Shown: one piece after another, positions 20,193 through 28,653 of the stretch | Numbering within the stretch: the stretch's first letter is position 1 | Layout of the letters: every line of letters starts with the position of its first letter | Virus record (IMG/VR): IMGVR_UViG_3300035180_002250 | Location: 1-64,000 of that record | Direction: 5' to 3' (one strand) | DNA length: 64,000 bases | Origin: a virus | The notes under the pieces: generated by a model | What the model was told of the DNA's origin: nothing | The model's input: only the letters and a program-made list of their open reading frames with translations | Databases searched by the model: none | Position numbers and translations under genes: made by a program

Positions 20193-22490
20193 ATGTTTGA
20201 CGAAGAATTAAGTACTATAGATACTAAAGAAGAACCAACGATTAACCAACAACAAAAATATAATGAAGTCAAAGAACTGCTGGACACTGAATCTAATATT
20301 AGGTTCAGAGACCTGATGCCACGAAATCTGAAGAAGGCAAAGATCGCTGTAATCGGATGTGGCGCTATAGGTTCTTGGACTGTACAGCAGTTGGTGAAAA
20401 TTGGGTGTAGTAATATCTCAATATTTGATGATGATACCGTTGATATCCAAAATATTGGACCACAGGGTTACGGTTGGGTACACCTTGGTAAACCGAAAGT
20501 AGAGGCCCTGAAAGAGATGGCTTTCGAGGATAAGGGTATCCATCTGACAGCGTTCAACGAGCGTATAACGAATTATATGCATATGATTACACTGTTGAAC
20601 GAAGTACCGGATATTATAATTTCAGCGGTAGATAACATGGAATTTCGGAATGAGTTTATTGGGAAGAATCTACTGGCAAATTTTATTAATGAGAATTCCA
20701 ATGTAACTAACCCCGTGCTGGAGTTGTATAATGGTAGAGATAATTATAATAAGTATATGTTAGACCCATGTGAAATAAGTCACACGGAAGATATGGTTAA
20801 TTTCCTGAAGATGTTTCCAAAGCTGGTATTCGATGCACGGATGACATTGGGGACGTGGAATTTATTTATACTACCTATTAAACATATACTATCGGTTCCA
20901 ACATATAGTATTAATATACGATTAGTTGAGGCACTTGAAAAAACCGTAGTAAATTATCTGAATGATAATTTTTTCAAGACAGAAGATGCACTACAGGAAC
21001 CATGTACTGCCAGAGCAATCAATTTTACTGGGGCTGCGCTAGCCTCCAAGATTTTATCAGCAATCTTTTATTTCTATACAAATAATGAGTTATTTACTTC
21101 TGATTTACTATATCAGAAAAATACAACTGGGAATAGCAGTTCTCAACCTTTGGGTAATGTTCACCTGAATAAAAAGATGTACGACAAGTATATAGGATTT
21201 TATGAGAATGATAGAAATATTATCCCTCACACGTTCACTCACGTATTTAATACTCTGGAGTTCAATGATTTGAATCTCAGAGCAACTGTATTCAACAAGG
21301 TCCATAAGTTGGTTGAGGATAAAGAATGCATATTACATAATTTCAAACAATTATTGGCATTTCTATTATTAAACCCAACACTGTTATCCAGCTACAGTAA
21401 AAAATATTATCAGGGCGATGCTCAGTTAAAGATGTTGGCGCATATAATATTAAATACAACGGAGTTTGATGAATTAATATTAGCAAAGGATTATCTTAAA
21501 TTTCATGGAACAATCTCCGATTCAAACTTTATGAATGCACTAAATATACTTGATGGACTATTAACTGAGAATACCTTTATGAATAAAAGTTTAATGATGG
21601 GTACATCAGGCTATTTGGATAAACGATTACATACGATGAGAAAATTAAACGATCTGAACAGATCATTATTTAATAATCACCGTAGTATACTCCAAGCAAC
21701 ATATATAAATACTAATTATGAAACATACGAGGACATGGCCCCAAGAGTATACACTGTTGAAAATGCAACACCGCTAGCACCAGCGGAAATGTTTAAACAC
21801 GAATGGTACAGCACCAAGAATATGTCGTCTACCTATATTATACAGTTATTACGAAGTATGATTGAACCTTTGGATAGTACAAAGATACACAAGGTATTCA
21901 CACCACTAACTGATTACGCAATGCTGGCGCCGAAATATGTAATAACATGTATTAATAATGAATTTATAAATAACAATTCTACTTATAGAATGGATTGTGA
22001 GCTAATGGGAGCTGCATTCAATAAATTAATGAATATAATGTTAGCTCCATACTCTGAAGAAATTAGAGAGTTTATTTATGATAGAAATGAAGTTGATTTT
22101 TATTCGGAAGATTATCAAACATTAACAAAGTATATTGATAATTACGAAGACGCTATATTAAATATAAAACAACATGTAGTACCAAAGATACCTGTATTTA
22201 TGGAGCAGGATCATATGTACTCATCAATTGGCTATGTTATGGGAATATACTTTTCTTCGTATATGTACAAAGGTGCTGATGAGATTAATTACATTGTGCA
22301 TGAAGCGTCCGTGAGTGTGGTACCTGAGAGTTATATTTTGAGAGCTGGTGTTCTAGATCAAACCAAAGAAGATGGTTGGCTAACATCAGAAGGGTATTGG
22401 GGTAAAATTAATGATTCTACTAGGAGTTACCAACTATTCAATGTATTGAATGTGAATTTACCCTATTTTGAAGAATGGATGCAGCAATGA
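20193..22490 (+). CDS. E1-like (ThiF/MoeB family) adenylyltransferase with long C-terminal extension
   Basis: IAVIGCGAIGS, FDDDTVDIQNIGPQ, GKPKVEAL, SAVDNMEFR, FDARM; candidate catalytic Cys271 in QEPCTAR. Confidence 0.9.
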   Translation: MFDEELSTIDTKEEPTINQQQKYNEVKELLDTESNIRFRDLMPRNLKKAKIAVIGCGAIGSWTVQQLVKIGCSNISIFDDDTVDIQNIGPQGYGWVHLGKPKVEALKEMAFEDKGIHLTAFNERITNYMHMITLLNEVPDIIISAVDNMEFRNEFIGKNLLANFINENSNVTNPVLELYNGRDNYNKYMLDPCEISHTEDMVNFLKMFPKLVFDARMTLGTWNLFILPIKHILSVPTYSINIRLVEALEKTVVNYLNDNFFKTEDALQEPCTARAINFTGAALASKILSAIFYFYTNNELFTSDLLYQKNTTGNSSSQPLGNVHLNKKMYDKYIGFYENDRNIIPHTFTHVFNTLEFNDLNLRATVFNKVHKLVEDKECILHNFKQLLAFLLLNPTLLSSYSKKYYQGDAQLKMLAHIILNTTEFDELILAKDYLKFHGTISDSNFMNALNILDGLLTENTFMNKSLMMGTSGYLDKRLHTMRKLNDLNRSLFNNHRSILQATYINTNYETYEDMAPRVYTVENATPLAPAEMFKHEWYSTKNMSSTYIIQLLRSMIEPLDSTKIHKVFTPLTDYAMLAPKYVITCINNEFINNNSTYRMDCELMGAAFNKLMNIMLAPYSEEIREFIYDRNEVDFYSEDYQTLTKYIDNYEDAILNIKQHVVPKIPVFMEQDHMYSSIGYVMGIYFSSYMYKGADEINYIVHEASVSVVPESYILRAGVLDQTKEDGWLTSEGYWGKINDSTRSYQLFNVLNVNLPYFEEWMQQ

Positions 22491-23038
22491 CAATGCATAT
22501 AGCACTCTGTGATGGATTTTGTAAAAACAACGGGAGCCCTATGGCTTCGACTGGGGGATCTTATATAATTTATGGGATCACCGATGAAGAAGCCAGGGAA
22601 TTTGATATAAATAAACCAGAAACTTTACTTAACATACTAAACAAAGACACACATCTTATAAAAGATAGCAATTTGTTGTTCACGTTTTTACCAAGTAAGG
22701 CTGTAACGAACAATGAGGCTGAGGCGTGGTCGCTATTTATGTTATTAACTGCGATCAGGAAACTGATTGAAACAGGGGAAATTAAGTTAAACCAGGTAAA
22801 CCAGGTAGATACTAAAGATACTGATAGGATTGTGATCCTAATGGATTCACTCCTTATAGTTAACCAGGTAAAACATCTGTACAAAGTGAATAACCAGAGA
22901 CTTAAGGAGGCCCATCGGGATATTGAAAAACTGTTGAAGCAAATAGGAAGATTGGTGCATCCAAAAAAGATTAATGAAGTACTGGGACTAATGCACATAC
23001 CCGGAGATATTATGAAGAAAACAGCTATTAACCATTGA
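22475..23038 (+). CDS. Ribonuclease HI-like protein
   Basis: CDGFCKNNG, TNNEAE, MDSLLIVNQV..YKV motifs. Confidence 0.8.
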   Translation: MDAAMTMHIALCDGFCKNNGSPMASTGGSYIIYGITDEEAREFDINKPETLLNILNKDTHLIKDSNLLFTFLPSKAVTNNEAEAWSLFMLLTAIRKLIETGEIKLNQVNQVDTKDTDRIVILMDSLLIVNQVKHLYKVNNQRLKEAHRDIEKLLKQIGRLVHPKKINEVLGLMHIPGDIMKKTAINH

Positions 23039-23083
23039 CCCTATTATACGCATGGACTAAATGGAAGGGGAGGGGATAAAGAT

Positions 23084-23872
23084 ATGTTTAAAGAAAAGAA
23101 AATCGATATACTGGAAGACCCAGAACACAACGATGAAGACGATGCGGATGATGCAGATGAATGTGAAAACAATGTAGAAGAGTATTCAGACGATGTAGGC
23201 AACTATATAGTCGAATATGATGATGAGGAAGATAATTCCGGATGTTGGCTTGATAACGTTTATGTGATCGTTGTAAATGGAGTTCCAGAGAGTGGTAAAG
23301 ACACATTCACCAAGGAAGTATTAGAGTCTATTCAGGGAAACTCGATACCACCTGTTAAAACGATGTTTGTGTCAACAATTGACCTAGTAAGATCGTTAGT
23401 TGAAGAGTATATTTACCAATATGCCCCTAACACGTTGTTCAAGAAAGATGCAAAAGGTAGGAAGCTGTTATGCGACGTAAAACGGGCCTTCGTGGAGTAC
23501 GATAATGCCCCGTTTAAAGTTACGGTTGAAAGTATTCTACGGTCTTACTACGATTGTGAATTTATAAAGAAGGATAAACTTTTTGTGGTTGTGCACTCAC
23601 GCGAACCTGATGAGATACAGAAGTTTGTAGACTATTTTCCAAATTGTTACACAGTGTTAATTGAGAAAAAATTTGATATACCCAAAGTATCGGATACAGC
23701 GAATACAGAAGAATGCTGCAGCTCTGACAGTCTAGACTCTATAAGGGATTTTCCATACGAATATATACTAATCAATAAGGACAAAGAAGAATTTTTAAGT
23801 TCCGCGAATTTTTTCGGTATACACCTATTGGAAACGGAAGGACTTTGCAAGAATGGTAGAGAGCTTAATTAA
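23084..23872 (+). CDS. P-loop nucleotide (dNMP) kinase-like protein with acidic N-terminus
   Basis: Walker A NGVPESGKDT; GRKLLCD; SREPDEI; adjacent to dUTPase. Confidence 0.7.
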   Translation: MFKEKKIDILEDPEHNDEDDADDADECENNVEEYSDDVGNYIVEYDDEEDNSGCWLDNVYVIVVNGVPESGKDTFTKEVLESIQGNSIPPVKTMFVSTIDLVRSLVEEYIYQYAPNTLFKKDAKGRKLLCDVKRAFVEYDNAPFKVTVESILRSYYDCEFIKKDKLFVVVHSREPDEIQKFVDYFPNCYTVLIEKKFDIPKVSDTANTEECCSSDSLDSIRDFPYEYILINKDKEEFLSSANFFGIHLLETEGLCKNGRELN

Positions 23873-24371
23873 AAAAGTAAAGTGCTCATTAACCAATGTA
23901 GCACATAGATTGAACGGAAAAAAAGAAAAAGTAGACCGACGAGTTCACGTCGGTATTAATTATAAACACGAAGCTTTCAAGTTATTGAGGGCAACGGAAT
24001 ACTCAGTAGGCTATGATATTTTATCTCCCTACACGGTTTATATCCTTCCGAATTCGGTTACTAAGATAAACACAGGGGTATTCCTCGATATACCAATGGA
24101 TTCCTTTATCGAGTGTCAAGTGCGGTCTAGGAGTGGTTTAGCGTCGAAAGGGATTTTTGTGGTGAATGCACCAGGCACCATTGATCCTGATTATAAAGGT
24201 GAAGTTGGTGTACTCCTTGGCAATCTTACCAATACGGCATACAAGGTTACACGTGGTGATGCCATCGCCCAACTAGTGTTCAACCGGGTTTCAAATGTTA
24301 AATTCGGTAAGGACTTAGTGATCCTTAGGAATAAAATTAGAGGAGATGGTGGATTCGGTTCAACCGGTTGA
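23853..24371 (+). CDS. dut: Trimeric dUTPase
   Basis: GYDI, RSRSGLA, GTIDPDYKGE, IAQLV, RGDGGFGSTG (motifs I-V). Confidence 0.95.
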   Translation: MVESLIKKVKCSLTNVAHRLNGKKEKVDRRVHVGINYKHEAFKLLRATEYSVGYDILSPYTVYILPNSVTKINTGVFLDIPMDSFIECQVRSRSGLASKGIFVVNAPGTIDPDYKGEVGVLLGNLTNTAYKVTRGDAIAQLVFNRVSNVKFGKDLVILRNKIRGDGGFGSTG

Positions 24372-24398
24372 AATTAAAAATAAAAAAGTAAAACCTAA

Positions 24399-24418
24399 TT
24401 TTGTTATAAGTACATAGA
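24399..24418 (+). promoter_or_regulatory. Recurrent phage promoter-like motif TTTTGTTATAAG-N3-ATAG
   Basis: Same motif at 25693 and 34762, variants at 10029, 13858 and 24468; always intergenic and upstream of plus-strand genes. Confidence 0.6.
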
Positions 24419-24435
24419 GACAGAAGAAGTATTTG

Positions 24436-24471
24436 AGCCCGTACCAGGATTGGCCTGGTATGGGCTTTTTT
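24436..24471 (+). terminator. Intrinsic terminator-like hairpin
   Basis: AGCCCGTACCAGG-loop-CCTGGTATGGGCT plus T-tract. Confidence 0.75.
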
Positions 24472-24501
24472 GTTATGTATTAAATAAAGAAGGAGGACAC
24501 A

Positions 24502-24696
24502 ATGGTTGTCAATCTGTTTGACCTGCCGTCTTCGACGGCAGAATTCATTTTTGACCTTCTCACCAGCGGTCAACCCGCTGGTGAGATTGATGGAATTCGT
24601 TTCGTTCCGTCATATATTGACGGGACAAAAAACATTGCCCGCGTACGGTTGTACGGTGGGCAATACAGCGGTACTATCCTAGACGTGATGTTCTAG
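24502..24696 (+). CDS. Small hypothetical protein
   Basis: 64 aa; RBS AAGGAGG; followed by a long hairpin and T-tract at about 24718-24795. Confidence 0.7.
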   Translation: MVVNLFDLPSSTAEFIFDLLTSGQPAGEIDGIRFVPSYIDGTKNIARVRLYGGQYSGTILDVMF

Positions 24697-24887
24697 GATA
24701 GTACGTACAACTATAAAAGCAGGGGAGAGTAAGGCGAATGTTAAGGAAGTAATTAAAATCGCCTTGCTCTCTCTCTCTTGCTATCTATTTTTTATAGCAT
24801 TAAAATATTTTTTAACTATTGACAAAATATTTTTTTAAAGATAGTGCTAAACATCAATTATGGTTTTAACGATATTGTTTATTATCA

Positions 24888-25577
24888 TTGACACTTCAAA
24901 GAACAGGAATATCCTATATGTATGCACGACTAATCATTGCACATAAAAAAGAAGAAGAAGGAGAAGAGAATAAAATCCCCAAATTGCCTGAAGGTGTTTC
25001 TCCGGAAGATATTGTGAAAGAAGCCAATATAGACCACACAATGTTGAAGGCATTATTGTACTCTGGGTATATCTCCAGCTTAATTTACGAAGGGTTAAAT
25101 ATAGGTGACACTTATAGAGGTGCTGAACAACTAGTTCAACTGCTGTACCCGCTTATTTTTAACTCAGAAACAAAGCAGTTGAACCAGTATGAATCTGCTT
25201 TTTTAGCGATACTTGATAAGGAAAAAAAGATTCTCAAAATTGAAAAAGTTTCAACAGGGTCAAGAAACACTTGTTTAATCGATAATGGTGAAATTATTGC
25301 CTCTGTTATTGCTAATGGGGGGTCTGGTTTTGTGATAGCACATAATCATCCTGGGGGTGAAGAGGTGTATGCTGACGCCTTCCCAGATCAAGATACACAT
25401 GCATATTCTATTTTATGCATTGCTGCACAATTGGCCGGTATAACGATGCATGACGGAATAATATTTGGCAAATCAACAGTGGTATCCCTAATAGAACACA
25501 GACCTGATTTTTTCAACAATGTTCAAAAGCTTATTAACCAAATTAAAAGTGGCCTGATCGAATTAGGAAAAATGTAA
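24888..25577 (+). CDS. RadC-like JAB-domain protein
   Basis: YESAFLAILD, STGSRNTCLID, IAHNHPGG, MHDGIIFG; start may be the ATG at 24918. Confidence 0.8.
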   Translation: MTLQRTGISYMYARLIIAHKKEEEGEENKIPKLPEGVSPEDIVKEANIDHTMLKALLYSGYISSLIYEGLNIGDTYRGAEQLVQLLYPLIFNSETKQLNQYESAFLAILDKEKKILKIEKVSTGSRNTCLIDNGEIIASVIANGGSGFVIAHNHPGGEEVYADAFPDQDTHAYSILCIAAQLAGITMHDGIIFGKSTVVSLIEHRPDFFNNVQKLINQIKSGLIELGKM

Positions 25578-25692
25578 AGAGAAGTTTAAAGAAACTCCAT
25601 GGCAGGTAAAACTATATTATGTAATACTGTTTGTAATAGTATTAAAGGTGTTTTGTGCTTGTATTCTAAGATTTTAAAAAACCGAATAGTGT

Positions 25693-25712
25693 TTTTGTTA
25701 TAAGTAGATAGA
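25693..25712 (+). promoter_or_regulatory. TTTTGTTATAAG promoter-like motif
   Basis: TTTTGTTATAAGTAGATAGA, nearly identical to the 24399 copy. Confidence 0.6.
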
Positions 25713-25827
25713 ATAAAGGAATCATAGCACAGGGGGTGCTATTTGATTCCTTCAATATTATTGTTCTGGTCGGCGAGAGCTGACTGGGACATTATTCCCG
25801 GCAAAGCCGGGAGAAAGGGCGTGAATC

Positions 25828-26007
25828 ATGGAATGGAAAAAAGATGTAGTTGAAAAAGTTTTGGAAACTAGGGGAAACAGAATTGAATCCGCCTTAAAGA
25901 AAGTTGTGAAAGAGGAAGGGGAAAGGATTGTTAGGTTTGAGGTTGAAACGGCACTCCGCTGGATGCGGAAGGTGAATGCGGCAACCGCCGCTTTCGAGAA
26001 GGCTTAA
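25828..26007 (+). CDS. Small helical protein (59 aa, MEWKKDVVEKVLE...AAFEKA)
   Basis: Below the ORF-track cutoff; translated by hand; lies between the promoter motif and a terminator. Confidence 0.65.
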   Translation: MEWKKDVVEKVLETRGNRIESALKKVVKEEGERIVRFEVETALRWMRKVNAATAAFEKA

Positions 26008-26013
26008 AGTAAA

Positions 26014-26052
26014 GCGGGCACTGTTGAACTAACGGTGCCCGCGTAGTTTTTT
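26014..26052 (+). terminator. Intrinsic terminator
   Basis: GCGGGCACTGTT-loop-AACGGTGCCCGC plus T-tract. Confidence 0.8.
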
Positions 26053-26167
26053 TATCGTTTTTTGGTTTTTTATTGTTTTTAGTTTTTTTATTGTTTTTAG
26101 TTTTTATGATTTTCCGGGGCAGGGTGTAGCTCCAAATATTGATTACCAGATATTACTCACACACCCA

Positions 26168-26260
26168 TTGACACTTAACACGGCTAAAGACAGGGGATTC
26201 TCAGGCAACACTAACTATTATCGGTGTTAGCGCCTGAACCCCCTGTCCGATGGCTTTAAT
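26168..26260 (-). mobile_element. Orphan IS200/IS605 right-end / omegaRNA-like remnant
   Basis: Minus strand ends GAATCCCCTGTCTTTAGCCGTGTTAAGTGTCAA, similar to the tnpB right end at 44 kb, and is preceded by a CAGGCGCTAACA..TAGTGTTGCCTG stem. Confidence 0.6.
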
Positions 26261-26291
26261 AAAAAAAACAACTAGTAGGAGGATAAAACAA

Positions 26292-26417
26292 ATGAAAAAT
26301 ACAAATAAACCAAAAAAAGAACGCACAAAAATAGATGAAGGCACCGTTGCACTATGTGCAGCCTATGTTCTTTTTATACTTTGGTGGATTATTGTGCTAC
26401 ACAGAATATTCAAGTGA
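26292..26417 (+). CDS. Small single-pass membrane protein (41 aa)
   Basis: RBS AGGAGG; VALCAAYVLFILWWIIVL hydrophobic stretch; translated by hand. Confidence 0.55.
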   Translation: MKNTNKPKKERTKIDEGTVALCAAYVLFILWWIIVLHRIFK

Positions 26418-26422
26418 CCAAG

Positions 26423-27529
26423 TTAATTAGCTTTTCCAAGTTGCAAAATTTTCAATTTTCGTAGTGCAGTACCAACTCCTAAACTACCATGCTCAATATC
26501 TGAGGATAGTGGGTTAAGTAGATATTTTTTTAGAAATTCACGCAGCTTGGTATATTTGTATGTCCCAACACCAGACAGCCCAGCGTTAAATGCTTTTGCA
26601 GTTGGATCGGTTACCAAATACTTGTTTACGTAGTCTATGGTATTATTTAGTTTATTGCCTACATATGGAATTTTAGCGATAGTTTCAGAGGGTACATAAC
26701 CGATAGCATGCTTGAACGAGTTCATCACACCTGTGGATGGCTCAATGGCAGTGGTCAACCCCAGACCAGCCAGTGTTCCAACATTGCGAAGGCTATGGGA
26801 TTTTGCAGGTGGATTGAGGTAAGTATTTAATTTATTGTATGAAATTGGAGAATACGCATTGAGATTTTTAGCGGTTATTTGTTTACCAACCCCATGAAGA
26901 GTCTTATAAAATAGTGGGGAAGATTGGTAAGCTTCTTCTAAAACTTTTATTGCTTCCGGGTGCTGTTTCAATAATCTACCATACTGAGAAAGATTGCGTA
27001 GTTCCGATGCAATATTAGGGGGTAAGTCTGGTATTATTCTCGGTAATAGAGTAGTGAGGTGGTCCAACTCTTCAACCGGTAATTGACGCAAAAATTTAAA
27101 ATCTCCCTTTAACAGCTTGCGAAGATACACAGCTCCTTTTTTAGGATTTATTGGTATATTACTAATATGTTGTGGGCTGAGCGGAATATTAGATATATTT
27201 TTAACCGCGGAAGAGCCAATATTCTTTCCAGCAGCATGAAGATGTTTGGCCAAAATATTATTTTCAGGGGTTAGTGTGCCCCCAAACAAACCATCTTTTA
27301 ACGAGTTAGCAGCAGAGATTGTCTCTTGTTGGTTTAATCCATCCAGGAAAGACCTCAGCAACATTTTATGGGTATCTTGGTTTCTATACATGCGCCAAGT
27401 ATTAACTAAATTTTGAATTACATGCGCTACAGAAGGTCCACTAATAAGGGATAATGGATCAAGCACTGCAGTTTTTTCGAATTTATTACTTCTACGATTA
27501 TTAAATAGTTTACCCTGTTTGGTTATCAT
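26423..27529 (-). CDS. Putative virion protein with MITKQG...FEKTA motifs
   Basis: 368 aa; same N-terminal signature as the 0.4-7.8 kb genes; RBS GAGG. Confidence 0.75.
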   Translation of the reverse strand: MITKQGKLFNNRRSNKFEKTAVLDPLSLISGPSVAHVIQNLVNTWRMYRNQDTHKMLLRSFLDGLNQQETISAANSLKDGLFGGTLTPENNILAKHLHAAGKNIGSSAVKNISNIPLSPQHISNIPINPKKGAVYLRKLLKGDFKFLRQLPVEELDHLTTLLPRIIPDLPPNIASELRNLSQYGRLLKQHPEAIKVLEEAYQSSPLFYKTLHGVGKQITAKNLNAYSPISYNKLNTYLNPPAKSHSLRNVGTLAGLGLTTAIEPSTGVMNSFKHAIGYVPSETIAKIPYVGNKLNNTIDYVNKYLVTDPTAKAFNAGLSGVGTYKYTKLREFLKKYLLNPLSSDIEHGSLGVGTALRKLKILQLGKAN

Positions 27530-27691
27530 GTGAATCCTCAGTTATTCGTAATTATAAGTAAGTTATATTAGCACCTGCACCATCTTCCAGAAGGGGTTTT
27601 TCAATAAGCAATATTTCATAATAAATATTGCGCATACCTACTATTTTTGTAAAGTTATATAAACTGGAATAGGAACGGAGACGAATGAATT

Positions 27692-28171
27692 ATGAAGTAC
27701 ACAGATGAAGAATTACGGAATAGTGATTATTTTAATAGATTGATTAAGGTTAATAAACAGAGTGCTACTGTATTGAATAAAATAGTTAGGTGGCTGGACA
27801 ACAACAAAAAGGAATATATAACAATTGAAAATCCTCCATATATGAAACTGTCCATTGAGTTTATTTACCCGATGATCCCAGTGAAAAACGAATCGACTGA
27901 TGGTACACGATGTATTTCAGTATGTCACTATGGTGAACTAAATGGAGATTTAATGAGGGATCCGGAGATCGTCTATTTTATAAAGGACAAGCAGTTTTAC
28001 CCAGTGTATTTTCGTAATGACTATGTGGGAGTTGAGCAGTTTGTATACAGGCATACTGAGGATGGAACAATTGAAGACCTATATATAAACCAAGAATTAG
28101 TAGGCTTTACGGCACTGTGGATTAAAAATATGGTAGAACAAGGTTTCCTGGAAAAATTGGGTATTACATAG
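27692..28171 (+). CDS. Conserved hypothetical protein (DUF6908/DUF1249-like)
   Basis: ISVCHYGELNGDLMRDPEI..FRND..W.KN..QGF pattern; family name recalled, not searched. Confidence 0.6.
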   Translation: MKYTDEELRNSDYFNRLIKVNKQSATVLNKIVRWLDNNKKEYITIENPPYMKLSIEFIYPMIPVKNESTDGTRCISVCHYGELNGDLMRDPEIVYFIKDKQFYPVYFRNDYVGVEQFVYRHTEDGTIEDLYINQELVGFTALWIKNMVEQGFLEKLGIT

Positions 28172-28202
28172 TTCAAAAGATTCAAAAGATGAAAATAGAT
28201 TT

Positions 28203-28251
28203 AAAAAAAGGGGCGACACCTTCCATAATTTAGGTGTTCGCCCCCTTTTTT
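28203..28251. terminator. Bidirectional terminator
   Basis: A7-GGGGCGACACCT...AGGTGTTCGCCCC-T-tract. Confidence 0.8.
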
Positions 28252-28307
28252 GTTGTTACCTCCAACATCTCCAACCAAAATACTCCATATACAGAAAGGG
28301 CTATCAA

Positions 28308-28580
28308 ATGTGCACTTTAGAAAGTTTTGAAACAGCCATACACTGTTTAAAGAAAGGTAACGTGAAGATTCGACGGAAAACCTGGGAGTCAAGTGAGTAT
28401 GTATTTTTACTAACGCAAGATAATATTTCTTGCAGTTGTAAAGACTTAAAAGTTCCGAGTCATCGGATATTCAAGTTGAACCCACTATTGTTAAAAAAAA
28501 CAAATACAGACTTTGAGTTTATCCAATGGTCCCCTGGAGTTGATGATATTTTGTCGGAAGATTGGGTTATTTTTAATTAA
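28308..28580 (+). CDS. DUF2829 / Tad2-like protein
   Basis: FETAIHCLKKG..IRRKTW...WSPGVDDILSEDW matches the DUF2829 pattern F..A...LK.G....R..W...W.P...D.LA.DW. Confidence 0.7.
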   Translation: MCTLESFETAIHCLKKGNVKIRRKTWESSEYVFLLTQDNISCSCKDLKVPSHRIFKLNPLLLKKTNTDFEFIQWSPGVDDILSEDWVIFN

Positions 28581-28653
28581 TTAATTAATTAACTAACTAT
28601 TTAACTAATTAATTAACTATTTTATTAATTAAGTAAAGAAAGGCATATACATT

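Noticed and set aside
14107-22490. Ubl + ThiF as ordinary thiamine/molybdopterin sulfur-transfer genes
   Set aside because: No thiG/thiI/moaE/rhodanese/desulfurase neighbours, the Ubl lacks GG, and E2-like and JAB genes intervene. Disfavoured, not experimentally excluded.
24819-24847. Sigma70 promoter upstream of the RadC-like gene
   Set aside because: TTGACA is present, but there is no convincing -10 hexamer at 16-18 bp spacing.
26116-26167. CAGGGTGTAGCTC resembling a tRNA 5' end
   Set aside because: No anticodon arm, T-loop (GTTCRA) or matching acceptor strand follows.
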